Assembly (NCBI GenBank): GCA_019310965.1
Contig: JAFDDG010000009.1
Span: forward strand, 3,180 to 67,179
DNA: 64,000 nucleotides
Source: Deltaproteobacteria bacterium
Lineage (GTDB): Bacteria; Myxococcota_A; UBA9160; SMWR01
Direction of reading: 5' to 3'
Positions 39,345 to 49,154 of this stretch are shown in pieces. The position numbers and the translations under genes are program-made. The first letter of the stretch is position 1. Every line of letters starts with the position of its first letter. The notes beneath the pieces were generated by a model. The model was not told where the DNA came from, did not search any database, and worked only from the letters and a program-made list of their open reading frames with translations.

Positions 39345-40691
39345 TCAGCGGCCGGCGAGAAGCTGCCTCGAAGCGCGCAGGTCCGCTTCGAGGAGTCCGA
39401 TCTCGCTGTAGTTCGAGAGACCGGACTTCGCTTCCGCGATCAGCTTCTCGACCGCCTCGATACGGGCATTCAGAACGGCCTTCGTCTCGTTCCCCGCGGC
39501 GATGTCGAGCAGCCGAATCGCTTCGAGCGGCTGCCCCTTGGCGAGGTAGGTGCGCGCCCGGGCCGCGAGCGCGTCGGCGCCTCCCACCATCTCGACGACA
39601 TCGCGATGAATCGCGGTCGGCGGGACGTGATAGAGGTTGGCGATCGTGTCGTAGTAGTACCAGCCGGCGATGATTTCCCACGTCGCGCGAACGGACCACG
39701 ACACCTTCCCGTGCCCTTGACTCAACTGAAGATGCTCCGGCAGCTGAATGTCCCGCATCAGCTCCCAGACGGTCTTCCCCGCATTCATCCCCTTCACGGT
39801 CTCGTCCCATACGTACTGCACTGCATCTCGCATCCGCGTCACACTCTCGCGGATGTACTCCTCACCCTCGATGACCCTGAAATGCGTATGGGCAATGACC
39901 TCCGGCTTCAGCTCGAGAACGAGATCGAGGGCATCCACGTAGTCGAGAGGATCGCGGTACTTCTCTCCACGCACCGTGTAGAGATTCGGAAACATCGGGT
40001 AGAGCGTCCCGAAGAGGTCACCGGTGAAGAGCACCCTCGACTCGGGAAGCCAGAGCAGGATCCCGTCCTCGCCCTCCCCCCCGTTCTCCGGCGCAATCAC
40101 GACGAACCGCACACCACCGAGCTCGAACTCGTAGTCGCTCCCGGGATAGACTTCGCGGGCGGGCCGCATATTCCAATAGGGTCGCGGCGGCTCGTCCTCG
40201 AGAGAGACGCGGGTCGGATAGAGCACATGGAACCGCCGCTTGAAATAGGGAAGCGGCTCGTCCTGAAGTCGTGCCATATAGGCGTAGCGGTGGTGACCGA
40301 TGAACTCGGCACCGGCGTCGATCTCCTCCTGCCACGCGGGCAATCCGCCGGCATGGTCGGCGTGAGCATGGGTCACGACGATCTTGCGTATCGGACCCGT
40401 CGCGAGCTCGCGGACCGCCTGCTTCTGGTCCGCCGACTGCTCGCTCGCGACTCCGGTATCGACCAGAACCGAACCCTCGCGGGTGTTGATGAGGAACATC
40501 GCTCCCTCACCCTCGATCTTGTAGATGAAGTCATTGATCGGTTCGGCCTTGACCTCGAGCGACTGAAGATCGTCGACCCGCTGCGGGACATCCGACTCGA
40601 CCTTCCGAGCCGAGATCTCTCCGGCGTTTCCGAGCCACAGGGCGCAGGCGAGGAGCGAAACGAGGGCCGCGTCGAGGGCGGGCTGGCGCAT
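39345..40691 (-). CDS. Alkyl sulfatase-like metallo-beta-lactamase
   Basis: THAHADH, FPNLYTVRGEKYRD and GKVSWSVRATW motifs; signal peptide; AGGAGG RBS. Confidence 0.85.
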   Translation of the reverse strand: MRQPALDAALVSLLACALWLGNAGEISARKVESDVPQRVDDLQSLEVKAEPINDFIYKIEGEGAMFLINTREGSVLVDTGVASEQSADQKQAVRELATGPIRKIVVTHAHADHAGGLPAWQEEIDAGAEFIGHHRYAYMARLQDEPLPYFKRRFHVLYPTRVSLEDEPPRPYWNMRPAREVYPGSDYEFELGGVRFVVIAPENGGEGEDGILLWLPESRVLFTGDLFGTLYPMFPNLYTVRGEKYRDPLDYVDALDLVLELKPEVIAHTHFRVIEGEEYIRESVTRMRDAVQYVWDETVKGMNAGKTVWELMRDIQLPEHLQLSQGHGKVSWSVRATWEIIAGWYYYDTIANLYHVPPTAIHRDVVEMVGGADALAARARTYLAKGQPLEAIRLLDIAAGNETKAVLNARIEAVEKLIAEAKSGLSNYSEIGLLEADLRASRQLLAGR

Positions 40692-40968
40692 GAGACATCC
40701 TCCTGATGAATCGACCCGCTCGACGGCAGTCAGTGCCATCGTGGATGCCGGCGACACCCGGTGTCCCCGTGGGTCCAACTCAGGATATCTCCGTAGAAAA
40801 AGGCGCGCTCGATGATTCCCGCAGTCAGAGTCCGGGCGAATCAGCGGCTGAGGGTTCTCCGTCTTCGTCTGGTGCGTTGAGAAACTCGCATCGGCGGCAG
40901 CGCCGGCCGCTCCAAGAAGTGGCGATCACCGCTACGCTGTGCCCGATGCGAGTTTGGAGGCACAGCCG

Positions 40969-41388
40969 ATGAGCGAACGGGAAGCGCAGGTCGAAACCAA
41001 CAAGCGGATCGCACGGGACTTCATGGATGCCATGTCGAGCGGCGACGCGGAGCGCATCCTCTCCCGCTACTGCGACGACGTGACCATCTGGACCGCAGGA
41101 TCACTGCCCTTCTCGGGAAATCACGACCGAGCCGCGGCGGCCGCTCTGTGTGCGGGACTCCTCGGCGCCTTCCCGGACGGGCTCGAGTTCAGCATCAAGG
41201 CCATGACGGCCGAGGGGGAACGCGTGGCGATCGAGGCCGAGGGCCGGGGCACCCACGCAAGCGGCAAGGTCTACCACCAGCACTACCACTTCCTGCTGGT
41301 CATTCGCGACGGCAAGATCGCGCAGATGAAGGAGTACTTCGACACGGAACAGGCGCGCGACGTGCTGACGGCGAGCGTTGCCGGCTAG
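40969..41388 (+). CDS. SnoaL/NTF2-like protein
   Basis: AEGERVAIEA, YHQHYHF and KEYFDT motifs. Confidence 0.88.
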   Translation: MSEREAQVETNKRIARDFMDAMSSGDAERILSRYCDDVTIWTAGSLPFSGNHDRAAAAALCAGLLGAFPDGLEFSIKAMTAEGERVAIEAEGRGTHASGKVYHQHYHFLLVIRDGKIAQMKEYFDTEQARDVLTASVAG

Positions 41389-41421
41389 AGGGCGGCGCAC
41401 CTCTCGACACAGGAGCGATGA

Positions 41422-42816
41422 ATGAAGCAGCGCTCTCGTCACGCCCTCCTCGTCGCGGCCATGTGGGGCGCCTTCGTGACCGCGGCCCAGGCAGAACCCC
41501 ACGTGGTGATGATCTCGATCGACGGCTTGCGGCCGGAGGTCTACCGACAGCCCGCGCTGCTCGGCATCGAGGTGCCAAACCTGCTGGCGCTTGGGCGCAA
41601 TGGGATCAGTGCCGACCGGATGATCCCGGTATTTCCATCGGTGACGTACCCGGCCCACACGACTCTCGTAACCGGCACGCGCCCGGCCGAGCACCGCATC
41701 GTCGCAAACTTCAAGGAAGGAATGAGCTGGTACCTACACGCGAGGGACATTCACTCGGAGACTCTCTGGCAAGCCGCCAGGCGAGCGGGGCTCTCGACGG
41801 CGATCGTGACATGGCCGGTGAGCTATGGCGCAGAGGTCGACTACCTGGTGCCGGAGAACCTCTCTTTCGAGGTCCCGAACCTGCCGGAGCTGATTCGGAA
41901 GGGCTCGACGCCCGGGCTCTTCGAAGCGCTGGAGGAGAAATGCGGGCCCGTCGAGCTCTCCTCGTTCGATGCGCTCGACGCAGGCAAGCGTCTCGATCCG
42001 GTAACGACGTGTTTCGCGGCGGAGGTGATCCGCGCTCACCAGCCCAATCTCCTTCTCGTCCACTTTCTGGACGCGGATCACATGCAGCACTACTTCGGGC
42101 CGAACTCGCAGGAAGCGATGCGCGCCTTCGAGCAGATCGACAGCTCCATCGGCGAATTGATGGCGGCGACCCGGGCGGCCGGGATCGCCGAAGAGACCAC
42201 CTTCGTCATCGTCGGCGATCACGGCTTCGTTCCGCTCCATACGCACATCAACGTCAGCGCAATGTTGTTGGCCTCGGGCTTCGCCGAGCTCGTGGACGGA
42301 AAGATTCGAATTTCACCCGCGCTGAGCGTCTCCGATTTCAACGGCTCCGCCGTATATCTGCGCGATCCCCAAGATCACGAGACGGGCGCCAGACTGGAGG
42401 CCGCACTTCAGGCCGAAATCGACCGGCGCTACGACGGGATCGTCGAGCTGATTCCGGCCAGCGAGCTCGAGCGCATGGGCGCCTTCCCGGAAGCAGCCTT
42501 CGCATTGGCGGCGGCGCCGGGCTTCATGCTGATCGCGACCGACATGCCTCGAGCGACGCTGCCCAGCGGCACTCTGAAGGGCATGCACGGTCATCGACCG
42601 GAGCTGCCGGAGATGGCGACGGGCTTTCTCGCCAGCGGACCCGGCATCCGCAAGGGCATCGTGATCCCGCTAATCCGACAAGTCGACGTGGCACCGACCG
42701 TGGCGGAGCTGCTCGGCATGCAGATGGACGGGGCGCTGGGGCTCCCTCTCGTCGGTCTCTTCGACGGCGGTGATCCGGGAGCCGGGGCTGGCCTCGACCT
42801 CCCCACGGACCGGTAG
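41422..42816 (+). CDS. Nucleotide pyrophosphatase/phosphodiesterase (alkaline phosphatase superfamily)
   Basis: ISIDGLRP, FPSVTYPAH, DHMQH, GDHG and GMHG motifs; signal peptide. Confidence 0.9.
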   Translation: MKQRSRHALLVAAMWGAFVTAAQAEPHVVMISIDGLRPEVYRQPALLGIEVPNLLALGRNGISADRMIPVFPSVTYPAHTTLVTGTRPAEHRIVANFKEGMSWYLHARDIHSETLWQAARRAGLSTAIVTWPVSYGAEVDYLVPENLSFEVPNLPELIRKGSTPGLFEALEEKCGPVELSSFDALDAGKRLDPVTTCFAAEVIRAHQPNLLLVHFLDADHMQHYFGPNSQEAMRAFEQIDSSIGELMAATRAAGIAEETTFVIVGDHGFVPLHTHINVSAMLLASGFAELVDGKIRISPALSVSDFNGSAVYLRDPQDHETGARLEAALQAEIDRRYDGIVELIPASELERMGAFPEAAFALAAAPGFMLIATDMPRATLPSGTLKGMHGHRPELPEMATGFLASGPGIRKGIVIPLIRQVDVAPTVAELLGMQMDGALGLPLVGLFDGGDPGAGAGLDLPTDR

Positions 42817-42972
42817 CCAGCCACCGGCTGGCTGCCCGCCGCAGCGACCCGCCCGCAACCATGGCCCGCTGACGGTGCTCGGGCCTAGACTGGCTGCGAC
42901 GCCGTCCACTCCGCTTGCCCGCCGCCCGGGCATGGCCGAGCGGCGGGACCGTCGGACAGGTGAGGGGCCTCG

Positions 42973-43511
42973 GTGCATACCCCCGGGCTGTATCAGTTCG
43001 CCAGAGAGCTCTATGTCCGCGAATCGACGATCCGCTTCTACGGGGTTCGCCTCCAGACGCGCATGGCGGTCGTCCGGCTGCCGGGGGGTCGCCTTCTGCA
43101 TGGGGAGAGCAGCTCGATCAGGCGCTCACGGCCGGCAACGTCTTCTTTGCCGAGGCAGTGCTCTTCCACCGACCGTCGCAAACCCTGCTCGTCGGAGACC
43201 TGGTGGAGAATTTCGATGAGTCGACGACATCCGCCTGGGGCCGGGCTGCAGCTCGTCTGTTTGGCGTCGGCCGGCGGCCCGTCGCTTCACCGGAGTTTCG
43301 GCTCTACACGCACGATGCAGAAGCGGCAGCCAAGTCGTTCGCACGGCTGGCGAGCTGGGACTTCGACAAGATCTTTCTCTGCCATGGCGCGCTCATCACC
43401 GCAGAGGCCAAGCGCACCCTGCAGAGCGTGACCGAGGGCGTCCTGCGTTGCGCCCGAGGGCGGACACGCGCGTCTCGCTGGCTGCTGCGGCAGATCGCGG
43501 GCGCGCAGTAG
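42973..43511 (+). pseudogene. DUF4336-like protein with internal deletion and frameshift
   Basis: TRMAVVRLPGGRL in one frame joins near 43095 to AWGEQLDQ..EAVLFHRPSQTLLVGDLVENF..WDFDKIFLCHG in another. Confidence 0.7.
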
Positions 43512-43544
43512 CACTCGGGTCCCCCGCCGCCCAGCCTCCGGCGA

Positions 43545-44636
43545 TCAGCGCCCCAGCGCAGCGAAGGTTTCCAGGTCTTCGACCGCCGCGGTCAGCCTCT
43601 CGAGGTTCGCGTGGAGAATCTCCTCACCGTAGTTCTCGACGGAGGTGATCATCCAGCCGATCAAGAAGCCCCAGATCGCGGTCTGCCTGTGCAAGAGCCA
43701 GGCAGCCTCCATGTCCGGCGCCGTCTGCACGCCTCCCGCTCTCAGTCGATCCAGGTAGTAGGCGAGCAGGTCCCTCTCGTGCTGCCGGCGGTACTCGGTA
43801 TCGAGCGCTGTCATCAGGAAGTAGGTGACGTCGTGAGACCAGCGGCCACGAATCATCAGCTGCCAGTCCAGCAGACCGACGCGGTCACCTGGCAAGAGGT
43901 AGGTGTTTCCCAAGTGGGTGTCTCAGTGGAGCAACGTCGTGGGTTCCGACGCCAGAATCTCCTGGGCTGCCCAGAGGCAATTCCACGCTTCGTCGAACGA
44001 GTGTCCCAGGCGCACGAGCAGCTCCTGTTTGTACTCGCTTCGCCCCAGCTGAAGGCGGAGGAACTCGCCGCCGTCTCCCTGCATGAAATCGTAGAAGCCA
44101 CCTGAGCACGGGGTCCACAGCCAATCCAGATCCTGCGAGAATCTCGGACTGTTCCAGAAACGCGAGTGAAGAGCGGCCAGCTGTGTCAACCCGCTCTCGA
44201 TCTGCGCCCGGCTCAGCGACTCGGTGGCGTTCGGAAAGCGCGACGGTCTCAGCCGGAGATCCTCCATCACCAGACCAAAACCGCCCGACGCCTCGTCGAA
44301 GCTGCTCGCGAAGACTCGCGGCGCCTCGATCTCGAGTTCGGGGCGCAGCTCCCGATAGAAGCGCACCTCATTGTGGTACATGGAGCTCGGAGCGCCGGGC
44401 TGGATCAAGACCGTCTTGAGCACGACGCGCCTCGGCAGCCCTCGATCGCAGCCCGTTGCGTAATCCAGATCGAGGACCGCCCGCGCCGCCGTCGACGCCG
44501 ACCCAGTGTCGCAGTGAGCCTCCTCTGCGACTCGTACGCCAGCGACTGCCACGCCGGGCGCAAGCTCGGAGAGCGCTTCCGTCAGCAGCTCCGGAGTCAG
44601 AAGCTTGCTGTCGGTGGGGAAGACGATCGCGGCCAT
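43545..44636 (-). pseudogene. Phosphotransferase (APH/ecdysteroid-kinase-like) interrupted by an in-frame TGA
   Basis: LLH-TGA(43925-43923)-DTHLGN...LLDWQ; both halves are in the same frame and the stop sits at the G of HGD. Confidence 0.8.
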
Positions 44637-44718
44637 GCTTCAACCTACGCTTCCAGCGGCCCATCGCGAGCCGCACGTTTCGACTACATTGACCCAATCA
44701 GCGAGCAAGGGGAATACC

Positions 44719-45204
44719 ATGGGCAGCCCCCTGGACGACGGCCTTGCCCGGACGGATCGGCGGCGAAACCCCGGAGACGACACGCACGGACGAGCCACTC
44801 GCGGCTGCGGCCGGGCGACCCGTCGTTCGAGGCGCGCGCGTCGGATCACTCTCGCGTTGGCATTCGCAGCGACCACTTTGGGCGCGCCGGCGTTGGCCGG
44901 ACCAGCAGATGTAGTCTCCGCCCGCGTCCAGTGCTCGGCGCACGGAGGCTGCACATTCGACGTCACCGTCATTCATGCAGACACAGGTTGGCAGCACTTC
45001 GCCGACCGCTGGGAAGTCGTCGGGCCGGGCGGAGAGACTCTGGCGACACGCGTACTGCGGCACCCCCACGTCGAGGAGCAGCCGTTCACGCGTCGTCTTG
45101 CAGGTGTCCGGATACCGACCTCCGTGACCGAGGTGGTCATCCGTGCCCGCGACTCCCGCCACGGCTTTGGCGGGGCCGAGCTGACGGTCGAGATCCCCCG
45201 GTAG
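44719..45204 (+). CDS. Conserved secreted hypothetical protein; start uncertain
   Basis: FDVTVIHADTGWQHFADRWEV..RVLRHPHVEEQPFTR after a signal peptide. Confidence 0.75.
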   Translation: MGSPLDDGLARTDRRRNPGDDTHGRATRGCGRATRRSRRARRITLALAFAATTLGAPALAGPADVVSARVQCSAHGGCTFDVTVIHADTGWQHFADRWEVVGPGGETLATRVLRHPHVEEQPFTRRLAGVRIPTSVTEVVIRARDSRHGFGGAELTVEIPR

Positions 45205-45333
45205 GCAGGGCGGCGCCTCCGCGCCGCACGCAGGGCCGTCCCCAGTCTTGGCGCGCCGGCACGCGGCGCCGCGCCGACTCGATGATAGACTCCGAACCTT
45301 GAACCCCCGAAAACACATCGCGTGGCGACGCTC

Positions 45334-45909
45334 ATGAACTCGGACACCACCTGGCCGGCCGCTCCGGGCGGAGAGTCGATCAGCCCGCCGCTCTCGATGC
45401 AGGATCTTCGCAGCTTCGCGGGCGAGCCGGCCTATGCGGGGCCACTCCGGGGCGCCGTCGACTACTACGTACCGCGCTGGGTCGAAGCCCTCTCGAACGG
45501 CGATTCGCTCGCGGACTTCAACTGGGCGGCCGCGCTGTTCGGCTCGAACTGGTGCTTCTGGCGCAAGCTCTACGGGCTGGCGTTCACGATTCTCATCGCC
45601 GAGCTCGTGACGAGCTTGCTGCTGGCGCTGATCTTGCTGCAGGGCCTGGAGATCGAGCCCGAACCCGGTGCCTTGAACCTGATCGGCTGGGCCGCACTGA
45701 TCCCGGTGCGCGGCATGCTCGGCCGCCACGCGAACACCTTGTACCTGAGCAAGGCGATCCAGGCGGTGGCTGACGCACGCCTGCAGCACGCGGACGCAAA
45801 TCAGCAACAGCAGCTGGTCGTGGCGCGCGGCGGCACGAGCTGGCTGGTGCTGGGAATCGTCCTGGCCGCACAACTCGCGCTCATGTCCGTTCCCCTGGCC
45901 TCGGTGTGA
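45334..45909 (+). CDS. DUF2628-like membrane protein
   Basis: FNWAAALFGSNWCFWRKLY, ANTLY and RGGTS motifs. Confidence 0.75.
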   Translation: MNSDTTWPAAPGGESISPPLSMQDLRSFAGEPAYAGPLRGAVDYYVPRWVEALSNGDSLADFNWAAALFGSNWCFWRKLYGLAFTILIAELVTSLLLALILLQGLEIEPEPGALNLIGWAALIPVRGMLGRHANTLYLSKAIQAVADARLQHADANQQQQLVVARGGTSWLVLGIVLAAQLALMSVPLASV

Positions 45910-45974
45910 GCGTCACGCGCACGGCGCGTGGTAGCATGCCCAGCGACCACCGCGCACAACGCAGAGGAGAGGGC

Positions 45975-46460
45975 ATGGCAGGAAACGATGCCGCGTCGGA
46001 CTTGAACCTCAACCTGACGGAGCTGCTGCCCGAGCACTTCGAGCGCTTCTTCGCGTTCTTTCGGCCGGGGCACACGGAGGGCGTTCTGCCCTCGCGGGTG
46101 AAAGAGCTGGCGCGGCTCAAGATCGCGGAGCTCAACGGCTGCGATACCTGAAGCTTCGCCCGGTACGCGTCGGCGACGCGTCAAGGACTCGGCGAAGAGA
46201 CGATTGCACAGATCTATCGGGCGGAAGCGGAACGTGAGCTCGAGCCCCGAGATGCCCTGGCCGTACGCTTCGCAGAGAAGCTCGCCACGGACTTCCGCAG
46301 CGTGGATACCGCCTTCAAGGCCGAGCTGCGCGAGCACTTCGAGCCGGCGGAGATCGCAGAGCTGGGACTGATGATCGGCCAGTATCTCGCGCTCGGGCGC
46401 ATGCTGGTGATCGCCGGAGGCGGCAAGAGCGCCTGCGAGATCTACGTCCCCGACGCCTGA
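45975..46460 (+). CDS. AhpD/carboxymuconolactone decarboxylase-like selenoprotein (CxxU; UGA 46149-46151 read as Sec)
   Basis: KELARLKIAELNGCDT-TGA-SFARY..LREHFEPAEIAELG continues in frame to 46460; GAGGAG RBS; hairpin 46165-46181. Confidence 0.85.
46165..46181 (+). promoter_or_regulatory. Putative bacterial SECIS element
   Basis: ACGCGTC-GGC-GACGCGT stem starting 13 nt after the UGA; G first in the loop. Confidence 0.65.
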
Positions 46461-46601
46461 GCGACGACGGCGGTGCGCCGCTTCGTTCTCCCGCCCGACG
46501 GCATTCGATAGTTTCGACTGCGTTCGCGCTGACGTGCCCCGCGCATCAGGAGAGAGACCGTTCCCATCCCCCTCGTCGATGCTGCGCTCGCGGTATGTGT
46601 C

Positions 46602-47294
46602 ATGGCGGTAGCCTGCACGGTGCAGGGGAGTCTGGGATTCGGCTCAGCTCTGCTGGCAGCACCGCTATTGGCATTGATCCACCCCGCATTCGTACCCGGG
46701 CCGATCCTCGCGGCCAACGTTCTGCTCACCCTCCTGGTGGCGCGCCGCGAATGGTCGGCCATCGACTTCGCCGGGCTCAAATTCATCATCGTCGGCCGTG
46801 TCGTCGGCAACGCGGTGGCGGCCGCGATGCTGATACAGCTGAGCCAGGTGTTCTTCGATGGCTTGTTCGGCGCGCTCGTGCTGGCGGCCGTGGGCCTGAG
46901 CTTCGCGCGTCCCAGCGCAGGGAGGAGCCCGCGCGTTCTCGCAGCGGCGGGATTTGCGTCGGGAATCATGGGGACGCTCTCCTCGATCGGTGGGCCGCCA
47001 GTGGCGTTGGTCTACCCCCACGACGACCCGGCTCGCTTTCGTGCAACACTCTCGGCCCACTTCATCTTCGGCGGCTCGCTCTCGCTTTTCGCGGTGTGGA
47101 TCGTGGGACGCTATGGCGCGACGGAGCTGGCGCTGACCGGGCTGCTGCTCCCCGCCGCCCTGGCGGGCTTCTGGCTCTCCCGTTTCGGTATCCAGCGGAT
47201 TGGAACGGCGCGATTGCGCAGCGCGGTCTTGGCACTCTCGACCATGGCCGGTGTCGGTGTTCTGCTGCGCGCCATCAGCACGCACGGAAGCTGA
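46602..47294 (+). CDS. TauE/SafE (TSUP) family transporter; may start slightly upstream
   Basis: VQGSLGFGSAL and GTLSSIGGPP motifs; multiple TM segments. Confidence 0.85.
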   Translation: MAVACTVQGSLGFGSALLAAPLLALIHPAFVPGPILAANVLLTLLVARREWSAIDFAGLKFIIVGRVVGNAVAAAMLIQLSQVFFDGLFGALVLAAVGLSFARPSAGRSPRVLAAAGFASGIMGTLSSIGGPPVALVYPHDDPARFRATLSAHFIFGGSLSLFAVWIVGRYGATELALTGLLLPAALAGFWLSRFGIQRIGTARLRSAVLALSTMAGVGVLLRAISTHGS

Positions 47295-47332
47295 CACCTT
47301 GCAGTCGAGTCACGGCCGCCCACGAAGCCCGG

Positions 47333-48115
47333 ATGGCAACCCTACTCCTCGCACTATTTGCCTGCGGCGTCTCCCTGCTGACGCTCTTCTCGGGCTTCGG
47401 CCTCGGCACGTTGCTGCTGCCCGCGTTCGCGCTCTTCCTTCCCATCGACGCCGCGGTAGCTGCGACGGCCGTCGTGCACGCTGCCAACAATCTCTTCAAG
47501 GTGGGGCTGCTGGCCGGCGACGCCGAGGGCAGCGTGGTGCTTCGCTTCGGACTGCCCGCCGTGGCCGCCTCCTTCGCGGGCGCGCTGCTGCTGACGTCGC
47601 TCTCCGGACAGGCGACGCTGCACGACTGGGAGTTCCTCGGACGCCCAGCCCACATCACGCCCATCAAGCTGGTGATGGGCCTGCTGATTCTCGCGTTCGC
47701 GCTCTTCGAGCTCGTCCCAGCGTTGCGCACCCTGCGCGCGGCGCCGCGCTGGCTGCCGTTGGGCGGACTGCTGTCGGGTTTCTTCGGCGGGCTCTCCGGG
47801 CACCAGGGCGCGTTGCGGGCGGTCTTCCTGGCGCCCTTGGGCCTATCGCCGACTCGATTCGCGGCGACCCAGGCGGTGCTCGCCTTGCTGGTGGACGGCG
47901 CGCGCCTGCTCGTCTACGGCGCGGGGTTCGTGCTGGCGGGAAGAGCGGCCTCGGCAATCCCCTGGCCCCTGGTGGCAACGGTGACTCTCGCCGCGTTCGC
48001 CGGCGCGTTCGTCGGCAAGCGACTGCTCCCCAAGGTCACACTCGCGGGTCTGCAGCGCTTGGTGGGCGGGCTGCTGCTGTTCGCCGGTGCAGCACTCGCG
48101 CTCGGCATCGCCTAG
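47333..48115 (+). CDS. TauE/SafE (TSUP) family transporter
   Basis: LTLFSGFGLGTLL and SGFFGGLSGHQGALR motifs. Confidence 0.85.
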   Translation: MATLLLALFACGVSLLTLFSGFGLGTLLLPAFALFLPIDAAVAATAVVHAANNLFKVGLLAGDAEGSVVLRFGLPAVAASFAGALLLTSLSGQATLHDWEFLGRPAHITPIKLVMGLLILAFALFELVPALRTLRAAPRWLPLGGLLSGFFGGLSGHQGALRAVFLAPLGLSPTRFAATQAVLALLVDGARLLVYGAGFVLAGRAASAIPWPLVATVTLAAFAGAFVGKRLLPKVTLAGLQRLVGGLLLFAGAALALGIA

Positions 48116-48303
48116 CGCTGCCGTTGCACAGCGGGCACAGATGGCACGATCCGCACACCGGAATTCCAACACCGGGGGGAGCCCAGCACGGCCGACCGCA
48201 ACCCGCCCCGCTCCGGCGTCGAGGCCGAAGCCCTCGAGTCGGCGCTGGCAGCCTTCGCCGACGACGCGCTGCTACCGCGGCTGACCGCGCAGCGCCTCGC
48301 AGC

Positions 48304-48426
48304 ATGAGACTCGACATCGAACCGATCGGCCACGTGCGCGGCGGCCGGGCGCTGGCCGGAGACGACAACGGGGACGGCAGAACGGCCCAGATCGTGCTGA
48401 ACGACGATCTCGAGCCGGAGGCCTGA
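48304..48426 (+). pseudogene. N-terminal fragment of a TrmO/TsaA(YaeB)-like protein
   Basis: MRLDIEPIGHVRGGR..DD....AQIVL resembles the family N-terminus; stops after 40 aa. Confidence 0.5.
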
Positions 48427-48539
48427 CGCGACGCCCGCGACGCGGGCCATGGCATCGCGGCGGATCAGCTGCCCGTGTTCGCGGGGAGCGCGCGGCGCGA
48501 TCCGGGCGATGCGGAGGCTCGTGATACAGTGCAAACAGC

Positions 48540-49154
48540 ATGCCTCAAGCGACGATCGATCCCACGCCCAAGCCGGCGCGCCTGGCGCTTCCCGCCGACT
48601 ACCGGAGGATCTCGGAGTGCCTCGGTCGCGCGTTTCACGACGATCCACTCGCCGAGTTCTTCTTTCCCGATGAAGCGAGTCGCTCGCAGCGTTTCGGCGC
48701 GTTCGCCCGCTTCGTGATGAGCACACTCGCTCCCCACAGCCGCTACTTCACGACCGATCCGATCCACGGCGCAGCGCTCTGGCAGGCGCCGTCTCCAGCC
48801 AAATCGGGCTTGCTCACCAACTTGCTCCTGGGCCTGCGCATGGCATGGGTCGCGGGTTCCGCGTTCGGGCGCATCGCATCCATGGGCGATGCCACCCTGC
48901 CCTATCATCCACGCGAGCCGCACTGGTACCTGGCGGTGCTCGGCACCGAGCCCGCCGCGCAGGGACGAGGCATCGGTTCCGAGCTTCTGCGCGGCACGCT
49001 CGAAGAGTGCGACCGCACGGGAACCCTCGCTTATCTCGAGTCGTCCAAAGAATCCAATCTCCCTTTCTACGAGCGCCACGGCTTCCGCGTCGACGCCGCG
49101 TTCAGCCCTCCAGGGGGCCCCCAGCTATGGGCCATGACACGGCAGCCGGCTTGA
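48540..49154 (+). CDS. GNAT family N-acetyltransferase
   Basis: HWYLAVLGT..QGRGIG, AYLESS and NLPFYERHGF motifs. Confidence 0.92.
   Translation: MPQATIDPTPKPARLALPADYRRISECLGRAFHDDPLAEFFFPDEASRSQRFGAFARFVMSTLAPHSRYFTTDPIHGAALWQAPSPAKSGLLTNLLLGLRMAWVAGSAFGRIASMGDATLPYHPREPHWYLAVLGTEPAAQGRGIGSELLRGTLEECDRTGTLAYLESSKESNLPFYERHGFRVDAAFSPPGGPQLWAMTRQPA

Noticed and set aside
40700-40960. Intergenic region between the sulfatase and SnoaL genes as a gene remnant or ncRNA
   Set aside because: No recognisable translation, terminator or convincing fold.
43923-43925. Genome-wide UGA-to-Gly reassignment suggested by H-UGA-D
   Set aside because: Many conserved genes here (pepP, sfsA, mutY, aroC) end normally at TGA, so UGA is a regular stop.
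48142-48158. TGGCACG as a second sigma-54 promoter
   Set aside because: There is no GC at the required GG-N10-GC spacing.
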